A stretch of DNA of 64,000 nucleotides from Candidatus Krumholzibacteriota bacterium (GCA_963806035.1 CAWDWO010000035.1:43702-107701); one strand, 5' to 3'; shown: positions 20,235 to 30,289, counted from the first letter of the stretch. The notes: generated by a model from the sequence alone, not told the origin. Made by a program: numbers and translations.

Positions 20235-21088
20235 AGCACGACCTCCACCGGACGGATTCGTTTGCGCAAGATGAGATAGCAGACCGCGCCCACCACCAGG
20301 ATCACGAAGAGGCTGAGCAGGGGATGATACCCCAGTGGGCGATCGGCCCCAAAGATCCAGGCCCCCAGCTGCTCGAGATTCGCGTCGACGTTAACGAGGC
20401 TCCAGAGGGACCATCCGGTGAGCATCTTGAGAATCCGCGTGACCCCGTCCACCACGAGGAGTCCCCACAGAAGGACCCAACTCACCGCGATGATCGCGCT
20501 GCGTTGGGCCACGGAAGAGAGCATCAGGACCATGAGGCCAGCCAGGGCCGCCCACACGCCACAGTAGAGCAAGGCCAGCAGGGGGGCGCTCCACACCGTC
20601 GCGAAATAGCCGTGCTGAACGCTCACCGCGACCGCGAAGATCCACAGCAAGAGGACCGGCAAAAAGCTCACCGCGAACACGAACGCGCCCACGATTCCCA
20701 GCTTGCCCAGGATGTAGTCGTTGGGCGTCAAGGGGCGCGAAAAGTAGATCTGAAGCGCGTGGAAGCGCCGGTCCTTGGAAACGAGGTCGGTTCCCGAGAG
20801 CAAGACGAAGAGGATGACGAAGACCGACTGACCCTTCAGCGCCGAAAAGAAGAAGCTGAGGCCGGTCTTGAGCAGTCCCGAGGACTGCAACAGGCTCCCC
20901 GCGCGCAGATCTCCGTAGAGCACCACGCCGCGAATGAGAACCGCCGCCCACGCGAGAAACAAGAGGATCAGCGTCCGTCGCCGTTTGAGTTCGGCGAGGA
21001 AGCCACGACGGAGAATGGGCCAGAAGCGCATGGGCCGCGCCTGAATCTCCCCCTCCCAGCGGGTGTATCCCTGTTCGTAAATCGGCAT
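20231..21088 (-). CDS. ABC-2 type transporter permease
   Basis: Multiple TM segments, DRRFHALQIYFSRPL..YILGK. Confidence 0.85.
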   Translation of the reverse strand: MPIYEQGYTRWEGEIQARPMRFWPILRRGFLAELKRRRTLILLFLAWAAVLIRGVVLYGDLRAGSLLQSSGLLKTGLSFFFSALKGQSVFVILFVLLSGTDLVSKDRRFHALQIYFSRPLTPNDYILGKLGIVGAFVFAVSFLPVLLLWIFAVAVSVQHGYFATVWSAPLLALLYCGVWAALAGLMVLMLSSVAQRSAIIAVSWVLLWGLLVVDGVTRILKMLTGWSLWSLVNVDANLEQLGAWIFGADRPLGYHPLLSLFVILVVGAVCYLILRKRIRPVEVVL

Positions 21089-22035
21089 CAGTCGATCGCC
21101 TCGAAAAATGTGTCTTCCACCGTACGGCCAGCCGGCATCAAATGCCGGATCTCCACCCCGCTGTCCAGCGAGAGGGCGGTCTGCAGGATGGGCTCGGGGC
21201 CACCCACTCCCTCCTTCAAACGCACGCGGATTCCGTTTTGGATGGGGGTGAAATCGTGGCCGCGCACCCGCAGCGCTTCACCCAGGCCCTGTAGGTCACC
21301 TCGTCCCCGCACTTCAAAGAGAAGATGCTCGTGCAGAGGATCGTGGCTCACCGCCTCCTGAGACTTCAGCCGTCCATCCTTGAGAATCAGCACGCTGTCA
21401 CAGGTCTCCTGCACGTCGGGAAGCAGATGACTGCTCAGAATGACGGAGACCCCCTTGGTGTGACTGATCTCGCGGATCAGGGCGAGCATGGTCTCGCGCC
21501 CCGGCGGATCCATTCCATTGGTGGGCTCGTCCAGGAACACCAGCTCGGGATCGTGGACCAGGGCCTGCGCCAGCTTGAGCCGCTGTTTCATTCCCTGGCT
21601 GTACGTTTCCAAATCGCGGTAACGCGCTTCGCCGAGGCCCACGTAGTAGAGCACCTGGTGCGCGCGCTGCATGGCGTCTTTGGAACTCATCCCGGTGAGT
21701 TCTCCCGCGTACCCCGTGAGTTCGACCGCATTCATGCCCGGAACCAGACATTCGCTCTCGGGCACCAGGCCGATGCGGCGGCGCAGGGCCAAAGGCGAAA
21801 GCGCCGGATCCATCCCCAGGACCTGGGCGCATCCGGCCTGCACCGGCAGAAGCCCCAAGAGGGTGCGCAGCAGGGTGGTCTTGCCCGAACCGTTGGGGCC
21901 CAAAAGACCCACGGCTCCGCCTCCGACCTCGAATTCGAGTTCGTGGAGCACCTTTTTCTCGCCATAGGACTGGCTGAGATTGGCGCAACGGAGGATGGGG
22001 TCGAAAGAGGACACGATTCGACTCCGTACGCGCAT
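21088..22035 (-). CDS. ABC transporter ATP-binding protein
   Basis: GPNGSGKTT, YSQGMKQR, FLDEPTNG, SSH; start uncertain (22014-22077). Confidence 0.93.
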   Translation of the reverse strand: MRVRSRIVSSFDPILRCANLSQSYGEKKVLHELEFEVGGGAVGLLGPNGSGKTTLLRTLLGLLPVQAGCAQVLGMDPALSPLALRRRIGLVPESECLVPGMNAVELTGYAGELTGMSSKDAMQRAHQVLYYVGLGEARYRDLETYSQGMKQRLKLAQALVHDPELVFLDEPTNGMDPPGRETMLALIREISHTKGVSVILSSHLLPDVQETCDSVLILKDGRLKSQEAVSHDPLHEHLLFEVRGRGDLQGLGEALRVRGHDFTPIQNGIRVRLKEGVGGPEPILQTALSLDSGVEIRHLMPAGRTVEDTFFEAID

Positions 22036-22179
22036 CGGCGCGCGGAAGTTGCGGGGATCTGGCCCCAGGACGCGCAAGAATGGGCCACGCCCGCTCGCCC
22101 GCCAGGCTACTCCAGATCCAGGGGCCTGTCATCCTCGCGAGGGCGCCCATGGCCCCCCGGAATGGGGTTTTCGGCCCAC

Positions 22180-22209
22180 TTGTCCTCTCCGGTCGGACCG
22201 TGCTAGAAT
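22180..22209 (+). promoter_or_regulatory. Putative sigma70 promoter with extended -10
   Basis: TTGTCC-18 bp-TAGAAT with a TGn extension, upstream of 22338. Confidence 0.45.
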
Positions 22210-22337
22210 ATTGTCCAGTTCCTGACACCATCCCGTCCGTGGGCGATCCCCTCGACCCCGGTGGGAAACTGTTGCTCCTCGTGGGATGAACCCAGCCTCC
22301 AGTGCACTGGTTTCGTCTCCTGAAAAGGAATCCGTCC

Positions 22338-23129
22338 ATGGACCACCGCAGTCGCGGCTTCGCTCTTCTCCTTTCGCTCTTTCTCCTGACTCTGCTCAGT
22401 GCTCCGGCTGCCGCGGTCTTCGACGTGAGCTGGGGCAATTCCTGGGAAGGTGTCCCGCTCCAGGACGTCATCGACAACTTCCTGAGCTCTCAGTTCCCCT
22501 CGACTTACTCGCCGGGCGATGTGAATGCGCTCACCATGTATGAGGGGTATCTGCCGGGAGACGCGGACTTGAGTCCCAAGCCCTACTGGCAGGATTCGGA
22601 TTTCACCAATCTGATCGTCACCGAGCTCGCAGGCTATCAGTGGTTCAATACCATGGGTTGGTACGAGATCGGTTATCCGGAAATCGATGGCTTCAACGAC
22701 GGCGTGATCTTCACCGGCGGGGAGGGCCCGGGGAATACGAAGACCATCACCTTCAGTTCACCCACGCAATTCGGCTTCTGGCTGGACCCCAATGGCGATC
22801 AGGACGCCGAGGGTGCTCCGCAACCCGAGAAGTTCTACACGGACCGCACTCTGAACGACGTGGGGCCGGACGGCAGCGGCACGGTTCACGGACCCGAAGG
22901 CGGGGACCCGCAGTGCCTCATCTACAACGTCTCCTACCTCTACGGAAAGCCGGCCTACATTCTGGCCTGGGAGGATCTGGACTCCGGACTTCCGCTGGCC
23001 GCCAGCTATGCGCCGGGCTACACCGACAACGACTACAACGACCTGGTGGTGTTGATCCTCGCCTCGTCACCGGTGCCGACGCAGTCGTCCTCCTGGGGAC
23101 GCGTGAAGTCTCTCTTCAACCAGCGTTGA
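22338..23129 (+). CDS. Secreted DUF4114-like protein with C-terminal SWGxxK motif
   Basis: Signal peptide; acidic body; YILAWEDL..DNDYNDLVV; ends PVPTQSSSWGRVKSLFNQR. Confidence 0.75.
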   Translation: MDHRSRGFALLLSLFLLTLLSAPAAAVFDVSWGNSWEGVPLQDVIDNFLSSQFPSTYSPGDVNALTMYEGYLPGDADLSPKPYWQDSDFTNLIVTELAGYQWFNTMGWYEIGYPEIDGFNDGVIFTGGEGPGNTKTITFSSPTQFGFWLDPNGDQDAEGAPQPEKFYTDRTLNDVGPDGSGTVHGPEGGDPQCLIYNVSYLYGKPAYILAWEDLDSGLPLAASYAPGYTDNDYNDLVVLILASSPVPTQSSSWGRVKSLFNQR

Positions 23130-23162
23130 TCCGCCTCGCCCGGCTGTGAAACCACCGCGGAA

Positions 23163-24908
23163 TCAGTGGACTTCCGCGGTGGTCTGCGACTTCTCGCCTT
23201 CGGCCAGCTTCTTCGCCCTGTACTCCTCGGCCAGACGGAAGAGATCCTGCTTGTCCTTCGCCTGGGACAGGATGTGCACCGCTTCCCAGAGCTGGCCGTC
23301 GTCCTTGATGGACACGTGGTAGGCCGCTTCCGAGCCGTTGAAGTGACGCTGTAGCTCGCGCGTGATTCCCGTCTTCACGTAATCGAGGTTGTCGTTCATG
23401 AGCTTGCGATTCCAGCTCAGGTCGAACTCCTTCAAGTACTTCTTCAGGTTTTCGCGTTTGCTGGCCATCTCGTAGAACTTGTCCAGCAGGGCGGAACTCA
23501 CCTTGAAGTCCTTCGGCAGAGTCTTGTGATCGACGGCGTAGTCGGTGGCGAAAGTGAAGAAGATCCCGTCGCGTTCGAGGCATACTTCCGCGTCGCTGAG
23601 CATGGTCGGTTTGATCTCCACGTCGGGCGTGATTCCGCCGCCGCCGTAGACCTGGCGGCCCATGTCGGTGAAGTAGACCTCGCCGGAATGATGCTCGACT
23701 TCCTCGTTCTGCGTGGAGAGGCTGTCCGTGCTGTCCTCCATCGCCAGGGAATCGGCGTGCGTCTTCACGAGTTCGCCGTCCCGTGTCCGCTTGCGATGGA
23801 TGGAGCGCCCGCTGGGCGTGTAGTAGCGCGCAGTGGTCAGCTTGAGCGCCTTGTCCGGCGGCAGATCGAAGACGGTCTGCACCGAGCCCTTGCCGAAGGT
23901 CGTCTGCCCCGCGATGAGGCCCACGTCATGGTCTTGCATGGCGCCGGAGAAGATCTCGCTGGCGCTGGCCGAGGAGCCGTTCACGAGCAGCAAGAGGGGG
24001 GTCTTGCTCCAATCGACTTCGTCCCCATCGGTGGCGTAGTAGCTGAGGTTGTTCCGCATGTAGCGGCCCTTGGTGTAGACGATGAGCTCGCCCTGCTTCA
24101 GGAAGAGCCCGCTGACGTCCTTGGCCGCGGTCAAGAGTCCACCCGGGTTGAAGCGCAGATCGATGAGGAGCCGCTCCATTCCCTGCTTCTCGAGCTTGTC
24201 CACCGCGGTGCGCAGCTCGTCGGCGGTGGTGCGAGCGAAGTTCGTGATGCGGACGTAACCGACTTTGTGTTCGTCGTCGATCATGAACACGTAGGGAATG
24301 CTCTCGAGTTTGATGATGTCGCGCGTGATCGTGTAATGCCGGATTGCGTCCTCGCCGGCGCGACGGATGCCGATCGTCACTTCGGTTCCCTTGGGACCAC
24401 GAAGTTTGTTCACCGCATCGTTGGTCTTCCAGCCCTTGGTGCTCTCGCCCTCGATCTCCACGATCTGGTCGCCGCCCTGAATTCCCATGAGATAGGCCGG
24501 CGTTCCCTCGATCGGCGAGACCACGGTGATCCAGCCGTCCCTCAGGGTGATCTGGATTCCCAGCCCCCCGAACTCGCCCTGGGTGCTGGTCATCAGGTCG
24601 TCGTAGGACTCGGGCGTCAGAAGCTGGCTGTGCGCATCCAAGTTGTCGAGCATGCCGTCGATCGCCGAATTGATCAGCTCCTCGGGATCCAGCTCGTCCA
24701 CGTAGTTGCGAGTGATGCGCTCGTAGACGCGGCCGAAGAGCTCGAGGCTGTCGTAATATTCTTGGCTTCGGGTGACCGCTTTCTTCTGCGGGTCCTGGTC
24801 TCCCTGATCGCTCTTTCCCCGTCCTGCCGCGGCTCCGAGCACGAATCCGGTGCAGAGCACGGCGACGATCGCTGCGATGAGAAGGAGTTTGCTGCGGTTG
24901 AGCTTCAT
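23163..24908 (-). CDS. ctpA: Carboxyl-terminal processing protease, S41A family
   Basis: Signal anchor, PDZ (FGGLGI), DLRFNPGG, SASASEI, TFGKGSVQ, ARYYTPSG, GGGITPD. Confidence 0.95.
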   Translation of the reverse strand: MKLNRSKLLLIAAIVAVLCTGFVLGAAAGRGKSDQGDQDPQKKAVTRSQEYYDSLELFGRVYERITRNYVDELDPEELINSAIDGMLDNLDAHSQLLTPESYDDLMTSTQGEFGGLGIQITLRDGWITVVSPIEGTPAYLMGIQGGDQIVEIEGESTKGWKTNDAVNKLRGPKGTEVTIGIRRAGEDAIRHYTITRDIIKLESIPYVFMIDDEHKVGYVRITNFARTTADELRTAVDKLEKQGMERLLIDLRFNPGGLLTAAKDVSGLFLKQGELIVYTKGRYMRNNLSYYATDGDEVDWSKTPLLLLVNGSSASASEIFSGAMQDHDVGLIAGQTTFGKGSVQTVFDLPPDKALKLTTARYYTPSGRSIHRKRTRDGELVKTHADSLAMEDSTDSLSTQNEEVEHHSGEVYFTDMGRQVYGGGGITPDVEIKPTMLSDAEVCLERDGIFFTFATDYAVDHKTLPKDFKVSSALLDKFYEMASKRENLKKYLKEFDLSWNRKLMNDNLDYVKTGITRELQRHFNGSEAAYHVSIKDDGQLWEAVHILSQAKDKQDLFRLAEEYRAKKLAEGEKSQTTAEVH

Positions 24909-24987
24909 GAAATGTCCCCTGACTGGTGATGGCGCCGAGGAAAGTGCTGCGGAAACGGAGGAATGCGCCTGCAGAAACGGCAGGCTC

Positions 24988-25016
24988 AGCTTAAAAACTT
25001 GTACGAACGACAGCAA
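24988..25016 (-). promoter_or_regulatory. Putative sigma70 promoter for ctpA
   Basis: Minus strand TTGCTG-17 bp-TAAGCT. Confidence 0.45.
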
Positions 25017-25088
25017 TATGTGTTCCGCGCGAATTGCCCCCGGGCTCCGTCCGGGGGTCCGGCGGGGAATTTCGGGGCACATCGAGGA

Positions 25089-25727
25089 TCAGGCTCGCGC
25101 CTCCGGCAGCCGCTCGTTGAGGTGGGCCCACGCCTCCTCCTGCAGAGCCTCCTTGGAGAGCCTGCCGTCCAGGACCCTGAAGCGCCGCGAATGGCGGTGG
25201 GCCAGCTCCAGATAGCCGGCGCGGACCCGCTCGTGAAACTCCGATTCCTCGCGTTCCATGCGGTCCCGTTGGCGATCGCCCATGCGGGCGCGCCCCTCCG
25301 CCGGGCTCAGATCCACCAGAAAGGTGAGATCGGGCACCAGCCCGCCGGTGGCGAGTTCGTTGAGTTCCTCGACGCGCTCGATGCCCAGACCCCGCCCCTT
25401 GCCCTGGTAGGCGCAGGAGGCGTCGCCGTAGCGGTCCAAGAGGACGATTTCCCCGCGCGCGAGGGCCGGCCGAAGGACTTCGCTGACCAGCTGGGCGCGC
25501 GCCGCCAGCATGAGAAAGAGTTCGCTGAGCGCGCTCAGTTGGGCATGGCGCGTATCCAGAACGAGGTCGCGGATGCGCTCGCCGGCCTCCGTGCCCCCCG
25601 GTTCCCTACTCAGGGTCAGCTCGTATCCCAGAGCCTTCAACCGCTGAGCGAGAGCGCTCATCAAGGTGGACTTGCCGCAGCCCTCGACCCCTTCGAAGCT
25701 CACCAGTACGCCGCAACTCGTGCTCAC
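25089..25727 (-). CDS. tmk: Thymidylate kinase
   Basis: FEGVEGCGKST, REPGGT, LDRY..S..AYQG, PDLT; GTGA overlap. Confidence 0.95.
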   Translation of the reverse strand: MSTSCGVLVSFEGVEGCGKSTLMSALAQRLKALGYELTLSREPGGTEAGERIRDLVLDTRHAQLSALSELFLMLAARAQLVSEVLRPALARGEIVLLDRYGDASCAYQGKGRGLGIERVEELNELATGGLVPDLTFLVDLSPAEGRARMGDRQRDRMEREESEFHERVRAGYLELAHRHSRRFRVLDGRLSKEALQEEAWAHLNERLPEARA

Positions 25728-26334
25728 GGAGATTCCCCGTCCTGCGGCCGGTCGAGCTGAGGCCACACGTGGACGATACGTTGGATGACGGTGACCCAGG
25801 TCAAAAAGGCCAGCGCGAAGACCACGAAGCCGGTCGCGGTGCGTCCTAGGATCAGACCCAGACCCAAGAGGATGATGCGCTCAGGCCGTTCCAACCAACC
25901 CACCTTGCACTCGCGGCCGAGTCCCTCGGCGCGCGCACGCGCGTAACTGGTGATGAGCGATCCGGCCAAAGCGAGCAGGGTCAATTCGGTGAGCCAGGGC
26001 AGCGTATAGTCGTGCATCCGCATGTCGTGCAGCAGGGCAAGAAAGAGCGCGGTCTCGCTGAGCCGGTCGAAGGTGGAGTCGAGAAAGGCCCCCAACTCGG
26101 AGACCCGGTTCTGACGGCGCGCCAGGGAGCCGTCGAGCATGTCGAATGCGCTGGCCAGAAGGAACGCCAGACCGCCCCAAAAGAGATGGCCCTGGTAGAC
26201 GATGGCGGCCGCGCCAAAGTTCAAAAAGAGACCGGCGAAAGTCAGGAGCGTGGGGAAAAACCCGCCGCATCCAACACGCGGACTACGGGCTGGATCCACC
26301 CGCGTACGGCCTGATGAAGATCGAACTTGCTCAC
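25724..26334 (-). CDS. CDP-alcohol phosphatidyltransferase (PgsA/PIP-synthase-like), frameshift near 26255
   Basis: DMLDGSLAR..GAFLDSTFDR, SYARARAE, ERPER; N-terminus VSKFDLHQAVRGWIQPVVRVLDAAGFSP lies in the adjacent frame. Confidence 0.85.
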
Positions 26335-26365
26335 GGAGGCAGTCAACCCTTCCTCGCGCTCGCTG

Positions 26366-27034
26366 TCAAGCAGAGGCGCCAGCCAAGACCAGAACCAGCT
26401 CCCCCTTCGGCGGGTGCTCTTCATAGTGAGCCAAGAGATCGGCCGCGCTGCCGCGCCGCACTTCCTCATGGAGCTTGGTCATCTCCCGGCAGACGGCCAG
26501 CTCGCGATCCTCGAGAATCTTCGCGAAGTGCGGGAGACTCTTGAGCAGCCGGTGGCTGGACTCCAGAAGGACGACGCTCCGTTCCTCCTGCTTGTAACTC
26601 TCGAGTTGGCGAATGAGGCGACCGCTGCGCCGAGGCAACCAACCGTCGAACACGAAACGATCGCTGGGAAATCCACTCAGCACGAGGGCCATGATCACAC
26701 TCGAGGGCCCGGGAATCATGCTGACTTTCAGACCGGCTTGCAGCGCCGCTCGCACGACCCGGTAGCCGGGATCGGCGACCCCCGGGGTGCCGGCGTCGCT
26801 CACCAGAGCAATGTTTTCGCCCGCCTGCAGTCTCTCGATGATCTCGCGCGCCCTCTGCTCTTCGTTGTGATCATGGCACGAGCGCATTCTGGTCTTGATC
26901 TGCAGGCGCGCGAGCATCTGGCCGGTGTGACGGGTGTCCTCGGCGTAGATCTGGTCGGCGTCGCGCAGGGCTTCCTGCGCGCGGGGAGAGAGATCCTCGA
27001 GGTTCCCGATCGGAGTCGCCACCAAGGTCAGCAC
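26366..27034 (-). CDS. rsmI: 16S rRNA C1402 2'-O-methyltransferase
   Basis: VATPIGNLED, AEDTR, VSDAGTP..DPG, REMTKLHEE, KGE. Confidence 0.96.
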   Translation of the reverse strand: MLTLVATPIGNLEDLSPRAQEALRDADQIYAEDTRHTGQMLARLQIKTRMRSCHDHNEEQRAREIIERLQAGENIALVSDAGTPGVADPGYRVVRAALQAGLKVSMIPGPSSVIMALVLSGFPSDRFVFDGWLPRRSGRLIRQLESYKQEERSVVLLESSHRLLKSLPHFAKILEDRELAVCREMTKLHEEVRRGSAADLLAHYEEHPPKGELVLVLAGASA

Positions 27035-27039
27035 GTCGC

Positions 27040-27924
27040 CTACCCCATCCAGTCGCGCGGGTAGAGAAAATCCTTGTCCACGGTGCGGTTGCTCAGCTTC
27101 ACGATCACCGGCATCTTGCGCTTGTACTGCGAACCCTTCATCAGCGAGTTCACCCGGTCGATGAGCTCGGGCTCGAAGCCCGCCCGCAGCAGCCCCTCGC
27201 GCCGCTGCCTCCGGTCGACCATCTCGTGCAGCAGACGATCCACTTCCGCGTACTTCATCCCCAATTCGTCTTCGTCGGTCTGTCCCTGCCAGAGATCGGC
27301 GCTGGGCGCCTTGTTCACGATCAGCTCGGGGATTTGCAGGTGCCTCGAGAGCGCGAAGACCTGGCTCTTGTAGAGGTCGCCGATGGGGTTCACCGCGCTT
27401 GCGCTGTCACCAAAGATGGTCGAGTAGCCCAGCAGAAGTTCGGTCTTGTTGGAGGTGCCCAGAACCAGGGCGTGCCGCGCCTGGCTCAGATCGTAGAGGA
27501 TGGTCATGCGCTCGCGAGCCATCTTGTTGCCGCGCCGCGTGCGGTCGGCCTCGGGATGATTGGCGAAATAGGCATCGACCTGCGGGGTGATGTCCTCGAG
27601 CTGCGACTCGATGCCGAGGGTGTCCACCATCAAACGCGCGTGCTCGACGCTCTCGGGGGAGCTGCTGGAATAGGGCATCAAGACGGCCAGTACGTTTTCC
27701 GCCCCGAAGGTGTGGGCCGCGAGCGTCGCCACCAGGGCCGAGTCGATCCCACCCGAGAGTCCCAGAAGCACCTTCGAAAAGCCCGCGCGCGTGACTTCTT
27801 GCCTCAATCCCGCGCTGAGCACTTTGACCGCGGCGTCCCACTGAAGTTGCAGTACTCCCAAAGATTCGCCGTTGCGCCCGGCATCTTGCGCAAAACTCGC
27901 GGAGGAATCGCGGCGGCGCTTCAC
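27040..27924 (-). CDS. nadE: NAD+ synthetase (synthetase-only chain)
   Basis: LGLSGGIDS, GNKMARERM, GTSNKTE..GY.T..GD, PIGDLYK, PSADLW.GQTDE. Confidence 0.95.
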   Translation of the reverse strand: MKRRRDSSASFAQDAGRNGESLGVLQLQWDAAVKVLSAGLRQEVTRAGFSKVLLGLSGGIDSALVATLAAHTFGAENVLAVLMPYSSSSPESVEHARLMVDTLGIESQLEDITPQVDAYFANHPEADRTRRGNKMARERMTILYDLSQARHALVLGTSNKTELLLGYSTIFGDSASAVNPIGDLYKSQVFALSRHLQIPELIVNKAPSADLWQGQTDEDELGMKYAEVDRLLHEMVDRRQRREGLLRAGFEPELIDRVNSLMKGSQYKRKMPVIVKLSNRTVDKDFLYPRDWMG

Positions 27925-28817
27925 TCTGCATCCCCTTGCTCTGGCGCGGCTTCGTCGAGGCTGGCGGCCAAGCTCCGTGACGCCGCGATGCGGCCCAGCT
28001 CGCGGCAGGTGAGCTCGATTTTCTCGTCCCGCAGGATGGGATTGCTCAAGCGCGCCTGGCGCACTCTCTCGAAGTCCACCTCGCCCACGACGAGATCCTC
28101 CTCGTAGAGGGGCCCGACTGCCACTTCCTCGCCGTCGGGACCCAGGAGCACGCTGCGTCCCCAGAACACCAAGCCGTCCTCACTGCCCACCCGATTGCAG
28201 AACGCGATGTAGCAGCCGTAGAGCCGGGCGTAGGTGCGCAGCGTATCCACCCAAGTTCGCGCATTCTGGGGCATTTCTCCTTCGCGCAAGTCGCGCACCG
28301 GACTGGCGGTCTGCACCACCACGAGCTGCGCCCCATCCAGAAGCAGAGTGGTCACGAGGGAGGGATGCCAGGAGTCCTCGCAAATGGAGAAACCGATGCG
28401 ACCATGACGCGTGCGCGCGGCAACCACACTGGAACCGGCTCCGACGAATCGCGCCTCGTCGAACACTCCATAACTGGCCAGATAGACTTTCCGGTGCACG
28501 TGTTTGACTTTTCCCTGTTCCAGGTAGAAGGACGCGATGTACTGCGCGTGCCCCTCCGATTCCTCGATGCCCCCCACGCAGAGCGACATGTCCTTCGCAC
28601 TGCGCGCGAGATTTTTCAAATGGGGATCGTCGATTCCCATCGCCAGATCCCCCACCATGTCCTGCAACAAGTAGCCCGTGAGCGAGAGCTCGGGAAACAC
28701 CAGGAAGTCCACTCCGCTGGCGCGCGCGCGACGGATCCACTCCTCGTGGATGGCCACGTTCGCCTCGAGATCGCCCAGTTTGAGCTTGCATTGGGCCAAG
28801 CCGATGCGCAGATCCAT
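27921..28817 (-). CDS. Nitrilase-superfamily amidase, probable glutaminase subunit of NAD synthetase
   Basis: FPELSLTGY, HRKVYL..YGVFDE.R, ICEDSW (E-K-C triad); overlaps nadE start. Confidence 0.88.
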   Translation of the reverse strand: MDLRIGLAQCKLKLGDLEANVAIHEEWIRRARASGVDFLVFPELSLTGYLLQDMVGDLAMGIDDPHLKNLARSAKDMSLCVGGIEESEGHAQYIASFYLEQGKVKHVHRKVYLASYGVFDEARFVGAGSSVVAARTRHGRIGFSICEDSWHPSLVTTLLLDGAQLVVVQTASPVRDLREGEMPQNARTWVDTLRTYARLYGCYIAFCNRVGSEDGLVFWGRSVLLGPDGEEVAVGPLYEEDLVVGEVDFERVRQARLSNPILRDEKIELTCRELGRIAASRSLAASLDEAAPEQGDAE

Positions 28818-28833
28818 CTCCGCTCCAATCCGG

Positions 28834-30279
28834 TCAGTGCTTGCGCCAGAATTCCGGGGCAAACAGCACGAGCACGGTGTAGAGTTCGAGCCTCCCCACC
28901 AGCATACAGAAAGTCAGAACCCATTTTCCCACCACATGCACGTGCGCGAAATTGTTGGTGGGTCCCACGCTCCCCACCCCGGGACCGATGTTGTTGAGGG
29001 TCGCGGCGACGCTCCCGAAAGCGGAAACCAGATCCAGTCCCACCAGGGTCATGCAGAAGGTGGCCAGGGTGGTGATGATCATCATCAGGAGGATGAATCC
29101 CATGATGTTGGTCACGATGTCCGGCGGCACCGCGCTCTTGTTGAAACGAATGGTGTACACGGCCCGCGGGTGCAGCAGCTTCCGCAATTCATTGCTCGCG
29201 TGACGGATGAAGATCAAGAAGCGGGCGTTCTTCATCCCGCCCCCCGTCGAACCCGCGCACCCTCCGATGAACATCAAGAGGAGAAGCAGGTACTGGGGCA
29301 TGCTCCCCCACCTCGCGTAGTCCTCCGTGCAGAAGCCGGTAGTCGTCATGATCGAAACGACCTGAAAGAAACTGCCCCGCAGATTCCGGCCGATACTGAA
29401 ATCGGTCAGACGCAGATTGGAGAGGAAGATCGTGGTGGCGGCCACGAGGATGACGACGAGGTAGGTACGAAACTCGTCGTCTCTGAAGTAGTCCTTCAGC
29501 CGGCCCCTCAGCGCCGCGAAATGCAGCGAGAAATTGGCTCCCGCGATGAACATGAACACGATCATGATGATCTCGGCCGCGGGGTTGTGCAGTGCGGCAA
29601 CCGATGCATCGCGGGTGGAAAAGCCGCCGGTGGCCATGGTGGTGAAGGTATGACAGAGGGCATCGAAGGGTGAGAGCCCGCTCAGAATGAGCGCGAGCAC
29701 TTCAGCCGCCGAGATCAACACGTAAACTCCCCACAACAGCTTCGCCGTCTCCTTGATGCGCGGAGTGAGACGGTCCGGAGTGGGTCCGGGCGCCTCGGCC
29801 TTGAAGAGCTGCATGCCGCCAATGCCCAGGATGGGAAGAATCGCCAAGCTGAGCACCACGATGCCCATTCCCCCCAACCACTGAATGAGCGAACGCCAGA
29901 GCAGCATCGAATGGGATTGGGCTTCGATGTCGGTGAGGATGCTCGCGCCAGTGGTCGTGAACCCGCTCATCGACTCGAAGTAGGCATCGCTGAAGCTGGG
30001 AATGCTGCCGCTCAACCAGAAGGGCAAGGCCCCCATCAGGGCCACCAAAATCCAGCCGAAAGTGACGATGAGAAATCCGTCGCGGGTGCCCAGCTCGTGC
30101 CGGCCTCTCCCCAAGAGAACCAGCCCTCCGCCCACGACGATTCCCAGGAGCCCATTGAGGAGAAAGACTCTGAGCTCCGCCTCGTGGTAGATCACGGCAC
30201 AGAGGAGCGGGAACACCATGGCCACGCCCGTGGCGAACACGAGCAGACCTAGAACTCGAAGGACCACGCGTGGATTCAA
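28834..30279 (-). CDS. trkH: Trk potassium uptake membrane protein
   Basis: FESMSGFTTTG, WLGGMG, ATGGFS, TTTGF, GGCAGSTGGG, NNIGPG, GRLE; TTG start assumed. Confidence 0.96.
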   Translation of the reverse strand: MNPRVVLRVLGLLVFATGVAMVFPLLCAVIYHEAELRVFLLNGLLGIVVGGGLVLLGRGRHELGTRDGFLIVTFGWILVALMGALPFWLSGSIPSFSDAYFESMSGFTTTGASILTDIEAQSHSMLLWRSLIQWLGGMGIVVLSLAILPILGIGGMQLFKAEAPGPTPDRLTPRIKETAKLLWGVYVLISAAEVLALILSGLSPFDALCHTFTTMATGGFSTRDASVAALHNPAAEIIMIVFMFIAGANFSLHFAALRGRLKDYFRDDEFRTYLVVILVAATTIFLSNLRLTDFSIGRNLRGSFFQVVSIMTTTGFCTEDYARWGSMPQYLLLLLMFIGGCAGSTGGGMKNARFLIFIRHASNELRKLLHPRAVYTIRFNKSAVPPDIVTNIMGFILLMMIITTLATFCMTLVGLDLVSAFGSVAATLNNIGPGVGSVGPTNNFAHVHVVGKWVLTFCMLVGRLELYTVLVLFAPEFWRKH

Positions 30280-30289
30280 GTTCGCCGCC

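Noticed and set aside
22255..22315. Faint resemblance to a c-di-GMP-I riboswitch
   Set aside because: GNRA tetraloop, receptor and GCAAA elements could not be matched
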